From an uncultured bacterium (GTDB taxonomy: Bacteria; Krumholzibacteriota; Krumholzibacteriia; LZORAL124-64-63), in NCBI GenBank assembly GCA_963727525.1, contig CAVSGO010000005.1:704001-768000 (forward strand): a stretch of DNA of 64,000 nucleotides, given 5' to 3'. Under the pieces are notes generated by a model. That model ran no database searches, was not told where the DNA came from, and was given only the letters and a program-made list of their open reading frames with translations. This document shows positions 1 to 10,680 of this stretch, piece after piece. The position numbers and the translations under genes were made by a program. Numbering within the stretch: the stretch's first letter is position 1; each line of letters opens with the position of its first letter.

Positions 1-9
1 ACCCACGCG

Positions 10-40
10 CGGGCCCCCGTTTTCGGACGGGGGCCCGTTC
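10..40 (+). terminator. GC-rich hairpin, probable intrinsic terminator of an upstream gene
   Basis: CGGGCCCCCGT (10-20) and ACGGGGGCCCG (27-37) form an 11-bp stem around a TTCG-containing loop; only a weak T tract follows. Confidence 0.55.
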
Positions 41-133
41 CATTCTCGCCCGCGACAACCGCGCCGATATGTCCTAGACTCCCGATCCGTGTTCACCCGT
101 CGCGCCCCCGCACTCCAGCCCCGAGGCTCCGCC

Positions 134-1537
134 ATGCGCCCCATTCCTGTCGTCGCCATTCTCGCCGCGCTCGCCCTGATCGGTCTGATGTCAGCGACCG
201 GTCATACCGCCGAGGCCCCTGCGCCGGCCCTCGCAGCCGCCGCCTTGATCACCGCGGCCCGGGCCGACTCGTTCGCGCTGCGCGCCCTCGAGGAGCTTTG
301 CGACGCAGTCGGACCGCGACTGGCCGGGTCGGCGGGCATGCAGCGCGCCATCGCCTGGGCGCAGCGGGCCATGGACGCCGCGGGGTGCGACACGGTGTGG
401 ACCGAACCGGTGACGGTGCCGCGCTGGGTGCGCGGACAGGAGTGGGCCCGCTTGACGGCCCCGTGCGACGTCGCGCTGGCGATGGCGGGCCTGGGTCTGA
501 GCGTGGGCACGCCGCCGGAGGGTATCGAGGCCGAGGTGGTCGCCGTGACCGACTTCGACGCACTCGAGGCGCGCGCGGCGGAGATCCCTGGCAAGATCGT
601 GCTCTTCGATCCGCCCTGGACGAGCTATGGCCCGAACGTGCAGTACCGCGTGCATGGCGCCAGCCGCGCGGCGAAGCACGGTGCGGTGGCCTGCCTCATC
701 CGTCCCGCCGGGTTCGGCCAGAACACGGCGCACACCGGTGTCATGCGCTACGATGATGACGGGCCGCGCGTCCCGGCCGCGTCGCTCACCGTGGAAGGGG
801 CCGCGCGTCTGCATCGCCTGTGCGCGGCGGGCGAACATCCGCGTGTGCGACTCATGATGGAGGCCCATCAGCTCGACGACGGCCCCTGCGCCAACACCCT
901 CGGCGAGCTGCGTGGCACCGAGCGGCCTGACGAGATCGTGCTCGCGGGTGCGCACCTCGACGCCTGGGATACCACGGAAGGCGCGCAGGACGACGGGGGC
1001 GGCTGCGCGATCATGCTGGGCGCGGTGAAGCTGCTGCACGATCTCGGGCTGCGGCCGCGGCGCACGGTGCGCGTGGTGCTCTTCACGAGCGAGGAGTTCG
1101 GTGGGCACGGCGGGCGCGCCTACCGCGACGCTCACCGGCAGGAGCGGCACGTAGCGGCCATCGAGAGCGATGGCGGCTGTTTCGCGCCGTCGGGGTGGTC
1201 GGTGCAGGGATCGGACGCCGTGGTCGCCCATGTGGCGGCACTGGTCGCGCCCCTCGTGGATCTTGGCGCCGCCGACGTGTCCGCCGGCGGCTCGGGCGTG
1301 GACGTGGAGCCGCTGGTCGAGACCGGCGTACCGGGCATAGGCCATCGCACGCACCACGAGGCCTACTTCTCCTACCACCACAGCCCGGCCGACGCTTTCG
1401 GCACCATCGCGCCGGACGATCTCGCCGCCAATGTCGCCGCCGTCGCAGCCCTCGTGCTCGCCCTCGGCGACGACCCGGGCGATCTGCGAGCGCTGGCCGA
1501 CAGCACGGCCACGCCGGCATCGCCGGCGACGCACTGA
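134..1537 (+). CDS. Secreted M28 family metallopeptidase (carboxypeptidase Q-like, with PA domain)
   Basis: Signal peptide from ATG134; motifs GPRLAGS, HLDAWD, GAQDDGGG, SEEFG, ESDGG, YHHSPAD. Confidence 0.9.
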   Translation: MRPIPVVAILAALALIGLMSATGHTAEAPAPALAAAALITAARADSFALRALEELCDAVGPRLAGSAGMQRAIAWAQRAMDAAGCDTVWTEPVTVPRWVRGQEWARLTAPCDVALAMAGLGLSVGTPPEGIEAEVVAVTDFDALEARAAEIPGKIVLFDPPWTSYGPNVQYRVHGASRAAKHGAVACLIRPAGFGQNTAHTGVMRYDDDGPRVPAASLTVEGAARLHRLCAAGEHPRVRLMMEAHQLDDGPCANTLGELRGTERPDEIVLAGAHLDAWDTTEGAQDDGGGCAIMLGAVKLLHDLGLRPRRTVRVVLFTSEEFGGHGGRAYRDAHRQERHVAAIESDGGCFAPSGWSVQGSDAVVAHVAALVAPLVDLGAADVSAGGSGVDVEPLVETGVPGIGHRTHHEAYFSYHHSPADAFGTIAPDDLAANVAAVAALVLALGDDPGDLRALADSTATPASPATH

Positions 1538-1553
1538 GGTCTGCGCAGATATG

Positions 1554-2909
1554 CTAGCCGCGTTCGGCGCGCTCGCGCGATGACGCCTCATCGGTGGGGT
1601 CGTCGCTGCGCACGCGCGCCAGACGCAGCCGGGGCGACCCGGTGATCAGTCGCGCCCCCTTGCTGGCGAAGAGGTAGTTCCAGATCCAGCTCGCCAGCAC
1701 GAAGACCTTGGCACGGAACGTCACCAGCGACACGATGTGCACGGCGCTCCACAGCAGCCAGGCCACGAAACCGTGGAAACGGCGGCCAAAGACCTCGGCC
1801 ACCGCTTGCCGGCGTCCGATCGTGGCCAGGGTGCCGAGATCGCGGTAATGGAAGGGCTGACGGACACGCCGTCCGTCCACCGCATGGGCGATTTCCCGGG
1901 CCACGTGGTCGCCACCCTGGATCGCCACCTGGGCCACTCCAGGCAGCGGCTCGCCCGTCCGCGCGTCGGCGGCAGCGGCGAGATCGCCGATCACGAAGAC
2001 TTCCGGGTGCCCAGGCAGGGAGAGATTGTCCGCGACGGGCACGCGGCCGTGGCGATCCAGGTCCACGCCGAGGTTGCGGGCCAGCGACGAGGCCTGCACT
2101 CCGGCCGCCCAGAACACACTGGCGGCCGCCACGAACGTGTCGCCGACGTGCACGCCGTCCTCGCTGACGCCGGTGACGGGGCTCCCCGTACGCACCTCCA
2201 CGCCGAGTTGCTCGAGACTCGCACCCGCTGCCTGCGACGAAGCCGGCGCCATCGCCGGCAGCACGCGATTGGCGCCCTCGATCAGGATGACCCGTGTGGC
2301 GGTGGTATCGATGTTGCGGAAGTCGCGCGGGATGGTGCGCGCGGCGATCTCCTTGAGTGCCCCGGCCAGTTCCACACCCGTCGGTCCCGCGCCCACGACG
2401 ACGAAGGTGAGCTTGGCGGCCCGCGAGGCTGCGTCAGCTTCCTGCTCGGCCTCCTCGAAGGCCAGCAGCATGCGCCGGCGTATCTCGAGGGCATCGTCGA
2501 TCGTCTTCAGGCCAGGCGCATGCTCGGCCCATTCGGGATGTCCGAAGTATGAGTGGGTGGCGCCGGTGGCGAGCACACAGAAATCGTACGCCGTCTCGCC
2601 CCCCGCGTACCGGACGACGCGCCGCTCGAGATCCACGCCATCGACGGTGTTGAGCACGACGCGGCAATTGTTCTGACGGCTGAGGATCTTGCGGATCGGT
2701 TGCGCGATATCGGCAGGCGACAGCGCCGCCGATGCCACCTGGTAGAGCAGCGGCTGGAAAAGATGGTAATTATGCCGATCGAAGAGCACGACATCGACAG
2801 GCGAGCGAGCGAGCCCGCGCGCCACGTGCAAGCCGCCGAAGCCGCCGCCGACGATCACGACGCGCGGGCGGTGTTGATCGTGCCTGGTCGTGCCTCGATC
2901 GTGCGACAT
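1554..2909 (-). CDS. ndh: Type II NADH dehydrogenase (NDH-2)
   Basis: GGGFGG FAD motif, HLFQPLLYQVA, GAGPTGVELAG NADH motif, VFVIGD, AQVAIQGG, FHYRDLGTLATIGR. Confidence 0.92.
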   Translation of the reverse strand: MSHDRGTTRHDQHRPRVVIVGGGFGGLHVARGLARSPVDVVLFDRHNYHLFQPLLYQVASAALSPADIAQPIRKILSRQNNCRVVLNTVDGVDLERRVVRYAGGETAYDFCVLATGATHSYFGHPEWAEHAPGLKTIDDALEIRRRMLLAFEEAEQEADAASRAAKLTFVVVGAGPTGVELAGALKEIAARTIPRDFRNIDTTATRVILIEGANRVLPAMAPASSQAAGASLEQLGVEVRTGSPVTGVSEDGVHVGDTFVAAASVFWAAGVQASSLARNLGVDLDRHGRVPVADNLSLPGHPEVFVIGDLAAAADARTGEPLPGVAQVAIQGGDHVAREIAHAVDGRRVRQPFHYRDLGTLATIGRRQAVAEVFGRRFHGFVAWLLWSAVHIVSLVTFRAKVFVLASWIWNYLFASKGARLITGSPRLRLARVRSDDPTDEASSRERAERG

Positions 2910-3043
2910 CGCGTACCCCTCGCATTGAGTCTCAAGCTAGCGAGGCTGCCGGAACCCGCCACGTCGCGCATGGCGGGACGGGCCTCGCGGCCCTAGCGTG
3001 TACGGGCTTTCGCCGCCAGCATTCCCGAGGAGGCCTTGTCACC

Positions 3044-4474
3044 GTGTCCGCTTTCATGGATCGAATGAAGACCATGGGACGCCGCCCTGCGAAAGGGGAC
3101 GCCAACCCCATCCTCACCGGCAAGGTCACCCCCACGCTGCTGGGATTGAGCATCCCGATGATCATGGCCATGTTCCTGGTGACCGGTTTCGGCCTCGTGG
3201 ACATGATCTACCTGGGACGTTTCAGCAAGGAAGCGATGGCGGCGATCAGCCTCGCGTTCCCCATCACCTACCTGTTGCAGACGATTGGCGGCGCGCTCAG
3301 CACCGCGGCCACGTCCACATGCTCGCGGTTGATCGGCGCCGGCGATCCGCGTCGCGTGCGGAATCTCGTGTGGCACGTGCTCCTCGTGTCGACGGGGCTG
3401 TCCATCGCGCTCGTGCCCCTGGGAATCTTCTTGCTCAAACCCGCGCTCTCGGCCACGGAAGCCTCGCCGGTGGTGGCGAGCCTGGCGCGACAGTACGGCG
3501 TGATCTTCTTTGCCGGTGGCATCTTCAGCATGGTGGCCATGAGCGTGAACGCCATGTTTCGCGGCGAGGGCGACACGATCTTTCCCTTCAAGATCATGGC
3601 CCTGGGCCTGGGGCTGAACATCATCCTCGACCCGCTCTTCATCTTCGGCCTGGGCCCGCTGCCACGGCTCGGCGTGAAGGGCGCGGCGGTGACCACCGTG
3701 GTGAGCTTCGCGGTGGCGGCGGTCGTGGCGCTGCTCGAGTTGCGCAACCGCGACCGGACGGTGCACTTCGACCGTACGGCGTGGCGTTTCGACTCTTCGC
3801 TGCTGCGGGACATGGGCAGCGTCGGCGGCCCCGCGGTCGTCGCCAACCTCGCGTTGCCGGTGTCCGTGTACCTCATCAACCACATGATCGCCCCTTTCGG
3901 GACCGCCGCGCTGGCGGCCTACGGGGCCGGTCTGCGGCTGCTGAGCTTCGTGTTCCTGCCCACGCTCGGCATCTCCCTGAGCATGATGATCATGGTGGGC
4001 CAGAACCATGGCGCGGGCGAGCGCCAGCGCGTGCGCAAGATCACGCTGTCAACGCTCGGGTTCTGCCTGACGCTCCTGGCCGTCCTGGCGCTGCCCGTGA
4101 TCATCTGGCCCCGCTGGGCCCTGGGCCTGTTCACGGACGACCCCGAGGTCATCGCAGTCGGGGCACCCCTGGCCCGCTGGGCCACGCTGGCGCGTCCCAT
4201 GCTCAGCGTCGTGAACATCACGGCTTTCTGGTTCCAGGCCCGCGGTCAGGGTCTGGCCGGAATGATCCCCAACACGCTCATGCGGGTCATCCTCGAGCCG
4301 CTCGGCGTGTGGTTCGGGCTGGGCCTGGGCATCGGCGCCAGTGGACTGCTCGGCGGCTGGTACGGCATGGCCGTGGGCGATGCGCTCGGCGGTCTGATCT
4401 GCCTGATCATCCTGCTCTGGCGCCTGCGCGTGTACGTGCGCTCGGCGCCGGAACCGACCTTCCGGCCCGCGTAG
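3044..4474 (+). CDS. MATE family efflux transporter
   Basis: About 12 hydrophobic segments; LSIPMIMAM...VDMIYLG, FRGEGDT, NIILDPLFIFG, VGQNHGAG; GTG3044 follows GAGGAGG. Confidence 0.9.
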   Translation: MSAFMDRMKTMGRRPAKGDANPILTGKVTPTLLGLSIPMIMAMFLVTGFGLVDMIYLGRFSKEAMAAISLAFPITYLLQTIGGALSTAATSTCSRLIGAGDPRRVRNLVWHVLLVSTGLSIALVPLGIFLLKPALSATEASPVVASLARQYGVIFFAGGIFSMVAMSVNAMFRGEGDTIFPFKIMALGLGLNIILDPLFIFGLGPLPRLGVKGAAVTTVVSFAVAAVVALLELRNRDRTVHFDRTAWRFDSSLLRDMGSVGGPAVVANLALPVSVYLINHMIAPFGTAALAAYGAGLRLLSFVFLPTLGISLSMMIMVGQNHGAGERQRVRKITLSTLGFCLTLLAVLALPVIIWPRWALGLFTDDPEVIAVGAPLARWATLARPMLSVVNITAFWFQARGQGLAGMIPNTLMRVILEPLGVWFGLGLGIGASGLLGGWYGMAVGDALGGLICLIILLWRLRVYVRSAPEPTFRPA

Positions 4475-4603
4475 TCCCCGTCCCGGCACGAATCTCGCTT
4501 TCGCTCCTGCGACACCCGGGCCCCGCCCTTGCGGCGGTGGCTCCATCTCGCCCGGTACCAGACACTTGCGTGTGTTGGTCGGCCATGACAGGAGGACGGA
4601 TCC

Positions 4604-7066
4604 ATGTTGCCTTCGCGGAAAATCCTTCTCCCCCTCTGCCTGGTTTTCTTGCTGTCCATCGTCGTCGGCTGTGGCCGTGATGACGACGGCGGCACCTCCG
4701 CCCCACCTACCGCGACGACCGACCTGCCGCAGGCTCTCGAGGACTACTGGCAAGCCCAGGAGGATATGTCCAGCTCCCTGGGCGACGTTGCCGATGCATG
4801 GAACGCCGTCGATGCCGCCGTGGACGATCCGGACGCACCGACGTCGATCGTGGACACCCTGGTCGACCAGTACGTGGCGGCGTGCGACGCGGCAGGTGAG
4901 CGCTTCACTGGTCTGATCGAGCTGGAAAGTGCGATCGTCCCCTACGGCGCCCAGAAGGCCGCATTCACCGATGCGGCGCGTGCCACGGTCCGCGACGTGT
5001 ATGCCAGCAGCCGCGATGTCGTGGTCGGCAGCAGCCGGAGGCTACGCACGAGCTGGCGCGTGCTCGGTGGGACGATGTGCCTGCGCGACGCACTGCGGGT
5101 ACAGGACGCCGGCGTGTCGGTGGTCTCGGATCTCACCACGGCATTGCAGCAACATCTGGCAAACCGCGACGACGCGATCGAGCAGGCGATTCTCGCCGGC
5201 GACGATCACCAGGGCCTCATACCGATCACACAGCTCGCGGGCGACACGGACGAGGAACGCGCCGCCGCCTACGACGTCTTGCCGGACGACGACCCGCTCA
5301 AGCTCGCGATACGCGGCGCCGTGCATCGCTGGAACGCGACCGAGCGGGACGCGACGCTCGCCACACTGCGCGGGCTCGCCCTGGATCGCCTGCGCGATTT
5401 CCCCGGCGTGGCCGACGGCGGTAGCGTGGCCGGCGAGATCGCCGCCCACCTCACCTCGACCGGCCAGGATCCGGGCGCGCGCGGGGGCCTGACCCAGACC
5501 CTCAGTGACATCACCACGGGTGACCCGCTGATCGACAACGCCACCGTGATCGTGCGCAAGCGCAACCAGGCGCCCGGGCGAGAGAAGATCGCCGTGCTCC
5601 AGGGCGTGGCCGCAGTCACCACACTCGAGCTGCCCCTGGGCATATACGACGTGGTCGTCGTCACGCCGCACTACATCCGTGGCGTCGAGCCGCAGCTGGA
5701 GATCACCGACGCTGGCAGCCAGGAGATCGCCATCCCGCTCTACGACCGCGCGACCCATGCCATCATTCTGGAGTCGCTGACGGCCGATCGCACCGTGGCC
5801 GGCACGAGTGAGACCATCCGCCTCGATGCCGTGGCCGTGAGCACGACCGGCAGCGCCCTCCAGTTCGCCTGGGCGGCCTCCGGGCCGGGCGGCACCACGT
5901 TCTTCGGCCGCAATCCCAGCCAGCTCTTCATCGCCGAGGAACCCGGCGACTACGCCGTGACCCTCACGATCAGCGACGGCGCGGGGCATGAGACGGCAGC
6001 GACGCTTCCCCTCACCATCCTCGCGGCGGCCGTGCGCGTGTCGGACATCGAGGTACGCGACGCCGGATTCGTCGACGGCGAGCTCAATCCCGGCGAGGAG
6101 GCGGTGCTGGCGCTCACGGTGATCGGCAGTCCGGACGCGGGCATCAGCGGCGTGGCCAGCTTCGCCAGCCGCGGACGCGCCCAGGTCGTGAGCGCCCCGA
6201 GCGAGGAGTGGACGTTCCAGGCCGGCGACCGCACGACCTGGCCCGTCACCGTCGCCCTGCCCGACGACTACAGCGAGGACGAGGCGGTCTTCATCTTCAC
6301 CTTCACCACCGACGACGCCGTGATCACACAGGAGCTGCACCTACCGGTGGCGTTCTGGGCCGAGCTGTCGCCACTGCCGACACAGGTTACCAGCCGCGTG
6401 GTGGTCGTGGCGGGCCAGGTGGCAAATCCCGCGCTGACACTGGCTCACCTCGTGGTGAACAACGACCTCGATCAGGTCTACGATGTGCATCTCGACCACG
6501 GGATCTTCGGCGAGGTGATCATCCTCGAGGGCGCCGCGGAACCACAGACCATATCGCTGGCGCTCGTGGCCGAGTCCGGAAGCCTGCGCGCCGAGGATAC
6601 CGCGAGCTTCCTCGCGAACTTCCAGCCGGCAGGCCTGCGCGTGACCCTGTTCTGGGACACCAACGGCACCGACGTCGATCTCTGGGTGACCGACCCGGAC
6701 GGGGAGAAATGCTACTTCGCCCACACGACCACCGCGAGTGGGCTCGCCCTCGACGTCGACGACGTCAACGGCTACGGCCCCGAGAACATCACTTGCCTCA
6801 CGCCCCCGCCTGGCGAGTACCTGGTGCAGGTGCATTACTACAGCGACCATGATTCGGACCAGGCGATCGGCTCGAACTGCGACATCGTCATTCGCCTGAA
6901 TGAAAACACGCCCGACGAGCTTGTCGCCCATTACACCGGCTTCCTGGGCGATACCGGAGACTTGTGGACCGTGGCCACCGTCACCGTCGGTGACAAGGGC
7001 ATGGCATTCGGCGCCCCGGCTGGCGGTATCGAACACGTGGATCCGACGAGGTTACCCGCGAAGTAG
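4604..7066 (+). CDS. Large lipoprotein with PKD/Ig-like domains and a C-terminal YfaP/DUF2135-like domain
   Basis: Lipobox VVG-C; PKD-like PGDYAVTLTISDG; C-terminal LRVTLFWDTNGTDVDLWVTDPDGE...LDVDDVNGYGPENI; AGGAGG RBS. Confidence 0.75.
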   Translation: MLPSRKILLPLCLVFLLSIVVGCGRDDDGGTSAPPTATTDLPQALEDYWQAQEDMSSSLGDVADAWNAVDAAVDDPDAPTSIVDTLVDQYVAACDAAGERFTGLIELESAIVPYGAQKAAFTDAARATVRDVYASSRDVVVGSSRRLRTSWRVLGGTMCLRDALRVQDAGVSVVSDLTTALQQHLANRDDAIEQAILAGDDHQGLIPITQLAGDTDEERAAAYDVLPDDDPLKLAIRGAVHRWNATERDATLATLRGLALDRLRDFPGVADGGSVAGEIAAHLTSTGQDPGARGGLTQTLSDITTGDPLIDNATVIVRKRNQAPGREKIAVLQGVAAVTTLELPLGIYDVVVVTPHYIRGVEPQLEITDAGSQEIAIPLYDRATHAIILESLTADRTVAGTSETIRLDAVAVSTTGSALQFAWAASGPGGTTFFGRNPSQLFIAEEPGDYAVTLTISDGAGHETAATLPLTILAAAVRVSDIEVRDAGFVDGELNPGEEAVLALTVIGSPDAGISGVASFASRGRAQVVSAPSEEWTFQAGDRTTWPVTVALPDDYSEDEAVFIFTFTTDDAVITQELHLPVAFWAELSPLPTQVTSRVVVVAGQVANPALTLAHLVVNNDLDQVYDVHLDHGIFGEVIILEGAAEPQTISLALVAESGSLRAEDTASFLANFQPAGLRVTLFWDTNGTDVDLWVTDPDGEKCYFAHTTTASGLALDVDDVNGYGPENITCLTPPPGEYLVQVHYYSDHDSDQAIGSNCDIVIRLNENTPDELVAHYTGFLGDTGDLWTVATVTVGDKGMAFGAPAGGIEHVDPTRLPAK

Positions 7067-7109
7067 GCAACTTGCGGTCCCCATTTCCGTACCTGGCGTT
7101 TATACTTCC

Positions 7110-7135
7110 GGGGTCCGGCCGCACGGCCGGACCCC
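7110..7135 (+). promoter_or_regulatory. Perfect hairpin just downstream of a TATACT -10-like hexamer, in the tricorn leader
   Basis: GGGGTCCGGCC-GCAC-GGCCGGACCCC (11-bp stem); TATACT at 7101-7106. Confidence 0.4.
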
Positions 7136-7169
7136 TCGTGTATCGCCCGGCCAAAGTGGAGGTTCTCGG

Positions 7170-10100
7170 ATGTTGCGGACTCTCGTGACGTGGCTTTACG
7201 CCATCATGGTTTTCCCTACGCTCGCCCTGGCGGCATCGCCGTCGACGCCCGTCGCGAATTCCGATAGCGCCAATACCGCAGACATGCGGCTGCTGCGTAC
7301 ACCGGACATCCACGGCGACACTGTCGTCTTCGAGTACGGCGGCGACCTCTGGACCGTATCGGCCCAGGGCGGCGAGGCGCGGCGGCTGACCACGGCGATC
7401 GGTTTCGAGAGCATGCCGAAGTTCTCGCCCGATGGTCGCTGGATCGCCTTCAGCGGAGAGTACGACGGCAACAACGATGTCTACGTGATGCCCGCCGCCG
7501 GTGGCGAGCCCGCCCGTCTGACCTTCCATCCTGGGTGGGATCGCGTCATCGGCTGGCAACCGGACGGCGAGGCGATCCGCTTCCAGTCGGCCCGCCAGAG
7601 CCGCACCGGCCGCGATCTGCAGCTCTACACCGTGGCGCGAACCGGCGGCCTGCCCGAGCGCCTGCCTCTGCCCACGGGCGGACTCTCGAGCTACGCTCCC
7701 GGTGGCCAGCGCATCGCCTACAACCGTATCTCTCGCGAGAACCGCACGTGGAAACGCTACAAGGGCGGCATGGCCCAGGACGTGTGGATCTACGACTTCG
7801 CGCATGAAACTTCGCAGCGAGTGACCGACTGGGTCGGCACCGACAACTTCCCCATGTGGCACGGCGACACGATCTACTTCACCAGCGACCGCGAACCGAA
7901 CGCCAAGCTCAACATCTGGGCCTACGATACGCGCACCGAGCAGTTCCATCAGGTCACGCACCACGACGAGTACGACGTGAAGTATCCGAGTCTCGGACCC
8001 GATGCTATCGTGTACGAGAACGGCGGCTGGCTCTACGTGCTCGACCTCGCCACGGAACAGACGCGCAAGCTCACGATCTCCCTGCACAGCGACAACGTGT
8101 GGGCGCGGCCGCGCCTGGAGAGCGTGGCCGACATGATCCGTGGCACCGGCATCGCACCCGATGGGCAACGCGCCGTCTTCGCGGCCCGGGGCGATGTCTT
8201 CACCGTGCCCGCCGAGAAGGGTCCGGTGCGCAACCTCACGTCCACTCCGGCCGTGAACGAGCGCCATCCCGTATGGTCGCCCGACGGCCGCCAGGTGGCC
8301 TACGTGGGTGACGCCAGCGGCGAATACGAGGTCTATCTCGTCCCGGCGGACGGCAAGGGCGAACCGCGGCAGCTCACCCACGGCCTGACGTCATGGGTGA
8401 ACAGCCTGCGCTGGTCGCCCGACAGCAAGTGGCTCCTCCTGAGCAACGCCGCCCTGGAGTTACTGCTCGTCGACGCCGACAGCGGCAACGTCACGCGCAT
8501 CGACCAGAGCCCGAGCGACGACATCCAGGAATTCGCCTGGAGCCCCGCCGGCGACTGGGTAGCGTACGCCAGGGCCGAGGACAACGGCTTCCGCTCCATC
8601 TTCCTCTACGACCTCGCCGGGCGAAACGTCCACCGCGTGACGAACGACTTCACCGACGACTCGGCGCCGTGCTTCGACCGCGAAGCCAAGTACCTCTTCT
8701 TCACCTCGGCACGCCACTTCAACCCCACCCTCGGTGGCTACGATCTCAAGCCGCTGTGGGTGAATCAGGACGGCCTCTATCTCGTGACTCTCGCCGTTGA
8801 TACGCCGCGGCCGTTCCCGCCCGAGAGCGACGAGGTGGCGATCGCCGCTGACGAAAAGAGCGACAAGAAGAGCAAGTCGGACAAGAAGGGCAAAGCGAGC
8901 AAGAAGGACGACGATGACGACGACGACGCCGCGCCCGAGCCGCTGCGCGTGGACCTGGACGGTATCACCGATCGCATCGTGGCGCTCGACGTGGAGCCGG
9001 GCAACTACAGCGGCCTCGCCAACGGCGACGCCGGGCTCTTCTTCCTCAGCCATCCGTTCACCGCGGGTGGTGGGCGGGATGGACATGGCAGCGACACGAC
9101 CCTCGAGGTCTATGATCTGAAGGAGCGCGAACAGAAGACCGTGCTCGCCACCGTCGACGACTACGATCTCTCCGCCGACGGCAAGAAGCTGCTGTACACC
9201 AAGGACGGCAAGTTCGGCATCGTCGACGCCAAGGCCGACCAGAAACCCGCCGAGGAGCCGCTGCGTACCGCCGAGATGAAGGCCACCGTCGATCCGCGGG
9301 CCGAGTGGCGGGAGATGATGCGCGACGCCTGGCGCCTCGAGCGCGATTTCTTCTACGATCCCCAGATGCACCAGGTGGACTGGCCGCACATGTACGACCG
9401 GTACGCACAGCTCGTGCCCTACGTCGCCCACGGCGCCGACTTCAGCTACATCGTGGGCGAGATGATCAGCGAGCTGAGTTGCAGCCATTCCTACGTGCGG
9501 CCGGGCGACCAGCCGCATCCCGACCAGGTGGGCACCGGGCTGCTGGGCTGTGACTTCGCGCTCGACGCGAAGAGAAGCCGTTACCGCTTCGCGCGCGTCC
9601 TGAACGAGCACGACTGGAACGGGGGCCCCGACACGCCGCTCGCCGGCCCCGGCATCGCCGTACAGGAAGGTGACTACCTGCTCGCCGTGGACGGCGTCGC
9701 ACTGCAGGCCCCCACGAACCCGTACAGCCTCTTCGTCGACAAGGCGGGCCGGCAGGTGACGCTGCGCGTGGGCCCGCACGCCGACGGCAAGGATAGCCGC
9801 GAGGTCGTCGTGGAACCGATCCGCGACGAGCACGATCTGCGCTACCAGGCCTGGGTCGACGCCAATCGCCGCAAGGTGGACGAGCTGTCCGGTGGCAGAA
9901 TCGGCTACCTGCACCTGCCCAACACGGCCATCGGCGGGCAGCAGGGCTTCGCGGAGGGCTACTACCCGCAGCTGCGCAAGGACGGCCTCATCATCGACGA
10001 GCGCTTCAACGCCGGCGGCTTCATCCCCGACTTCTTCATGAATGTGCTGCGCCAGCGCCTGGTGAACCTGTGGCGCCGCCGCCATGGCCAGGACATGCGC

Positions 10101-10499
10101 ACGCCGCAGACGGCCTTTCTCGGCCACCTCGCCATGATGAGCAACGGCTACGCCGGCAGCGGTGGCGACGCCCTGCCGTACTACTTCAAGGCCTACGACC
10201 TTGGACCGGTGATCGGCACCCGCACCTGGGGCGGCCTGGTGGGCATCAGCCGCGGCATTGCGCTCATGGACGGCGGCAACGTCACCTTCCCCGAGTTCGG
10301 CCTCTACAATCTCGAGGGCCAGCTCGACGTGGAAAACCACGGCGTCGACCCCACGGTCGTGATCGACAACGCGCCGGAAGCCGAGAACGCAGGACACGAT
10401 CCACAGCTCGAGAAGACCGTGGAGGTGTTGCTGAAGGAGATCGCGGACGACCCGGTACGCCTGCCGGAATTCCGGGGTTTCCCCGATCGGCGCCACTGA
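7170..10499 (+). CDS. Tricorn protease (S41 family; beta-propeller repeats, PDZ, catalytic domain), exported
   Basis: RTWKRYKGG, repeated FSPDG/WSPDG, IGYLHLPN, IDERFNAGG, catalytic AGSGGD, IGTRTWGG, VENHGVDP; ATG7170 follows GGAGG. Confidence 0.95.
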   Translation: MLRTLVTWLYAIMVFPTLALAASPSTPVANSDSANTADMRLLRTPDIHGDTVVFEYGGDLWTVSAQGGEARRLTTAIGFESMPKFSPDGRWIAFSGEYDGNNDVYVMPAAGGEPARLTFHPGWDRVIGWQPDGEAIRFQSARQSRTGRDLQLYTVARTGGLPERLPLPTGGLSSYAPGGQRIAYNRISRENRTWKRYKGGMAQDVWIYDFAHETSQRVTDWVGTDNFPMWHGDTIYFTSDREPNAKLNIWAYDTRTEQFHQVTHHDEYDVKYPSLGPDAIVYENGGWLYVLDLATEQTRKLTISLHSDNVWARPRLESVADMIRGTGIAPDGQRAVFAARGDVFTVPAEKGPVRNLTSTPAVNERHPVWSPDGRQVAYVGDASGEYEVYLVPADGKGEPRQLTHGLTSWVNSLRWSPDSKWLLLSNAALELLLVDADSGNVTRIDQSPSDDIQEFAWSPAGDWVAYARAEDNGFRSIFLYDLAGRNVHRVTNDFTDDSAPCFDREAKYLFFTSARHFNPTLGGYDLKPLWVNQDGLYLVTLAVDTPRPFPPESDEVAIAADEKSDKKSKSDKKGKASKKDDDDDDDAAPEPLRVDLDGITDRIVALDVEPGNYSGLANGDAGLFFLSHPFTAGGGRDGHGSDTTLEVYDLKEREQKTVLATVDDYDLSADGKKLLYTKDGKFGIVDAKADQKPAEEPLRTAEMKATVDPRAEWREMMRDAWRLERDFFYDPQMHQVDWPHMYDRYAQLVPYVAHGADFSYIVGEMISELSCSHSYVRPGDQPHPDQVGTGLLGCDFALDAKRSRYRFARVLNEHDWNGGPDTPLAGPGIAVQEGDYLLAVDGVALQAPTNPYSLFVDKAGRQVTLRVGPHADGKDSREVVVEPIRDEHDLRYQAWVDANRRKVDELSGGRIGYLHLPNTAIGGQQGFAEGYYPQLRKDGLIIDERFNAGGFIPDFFMNVLRQRLVNLWRRRHGQDMRTPQTAFLGHLAMMSNGYAGSGGDALPYYFKAYDLGPVIGTRTWGGLVGISRGIALMDGGNVTFPEFGLYNLEGQLDVENHGVDPTVVIDNAPEAENAGHDPQLEKTVEVLLKEIADDPVRLPEFRGFPDRRH

Positions 10500-10680
10500 G
10501 CGGCGGCGCGCGTCGGCCTCTGCCGAACTGAACGGTCAGGCCTGAAGGCGACACGACCTCGTGAGCGAGCTGCAGGGCGTCATCGGCGGCTCGGCGACGC
10601 GACCCGTCGCCTAGACTGGCACTGGCCCTCGCCGTTCGCATGCCCTAGGTTCCCGGAGTTCACCAACCGGGAGGGCTCGC

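Noticed and set aside
8850-8935. Lys/Asp low-complexity tract in tricorn
   Set aside because: In-frame flexible linker of a kind common in bacterial tricorn homologues; not an insertion element.
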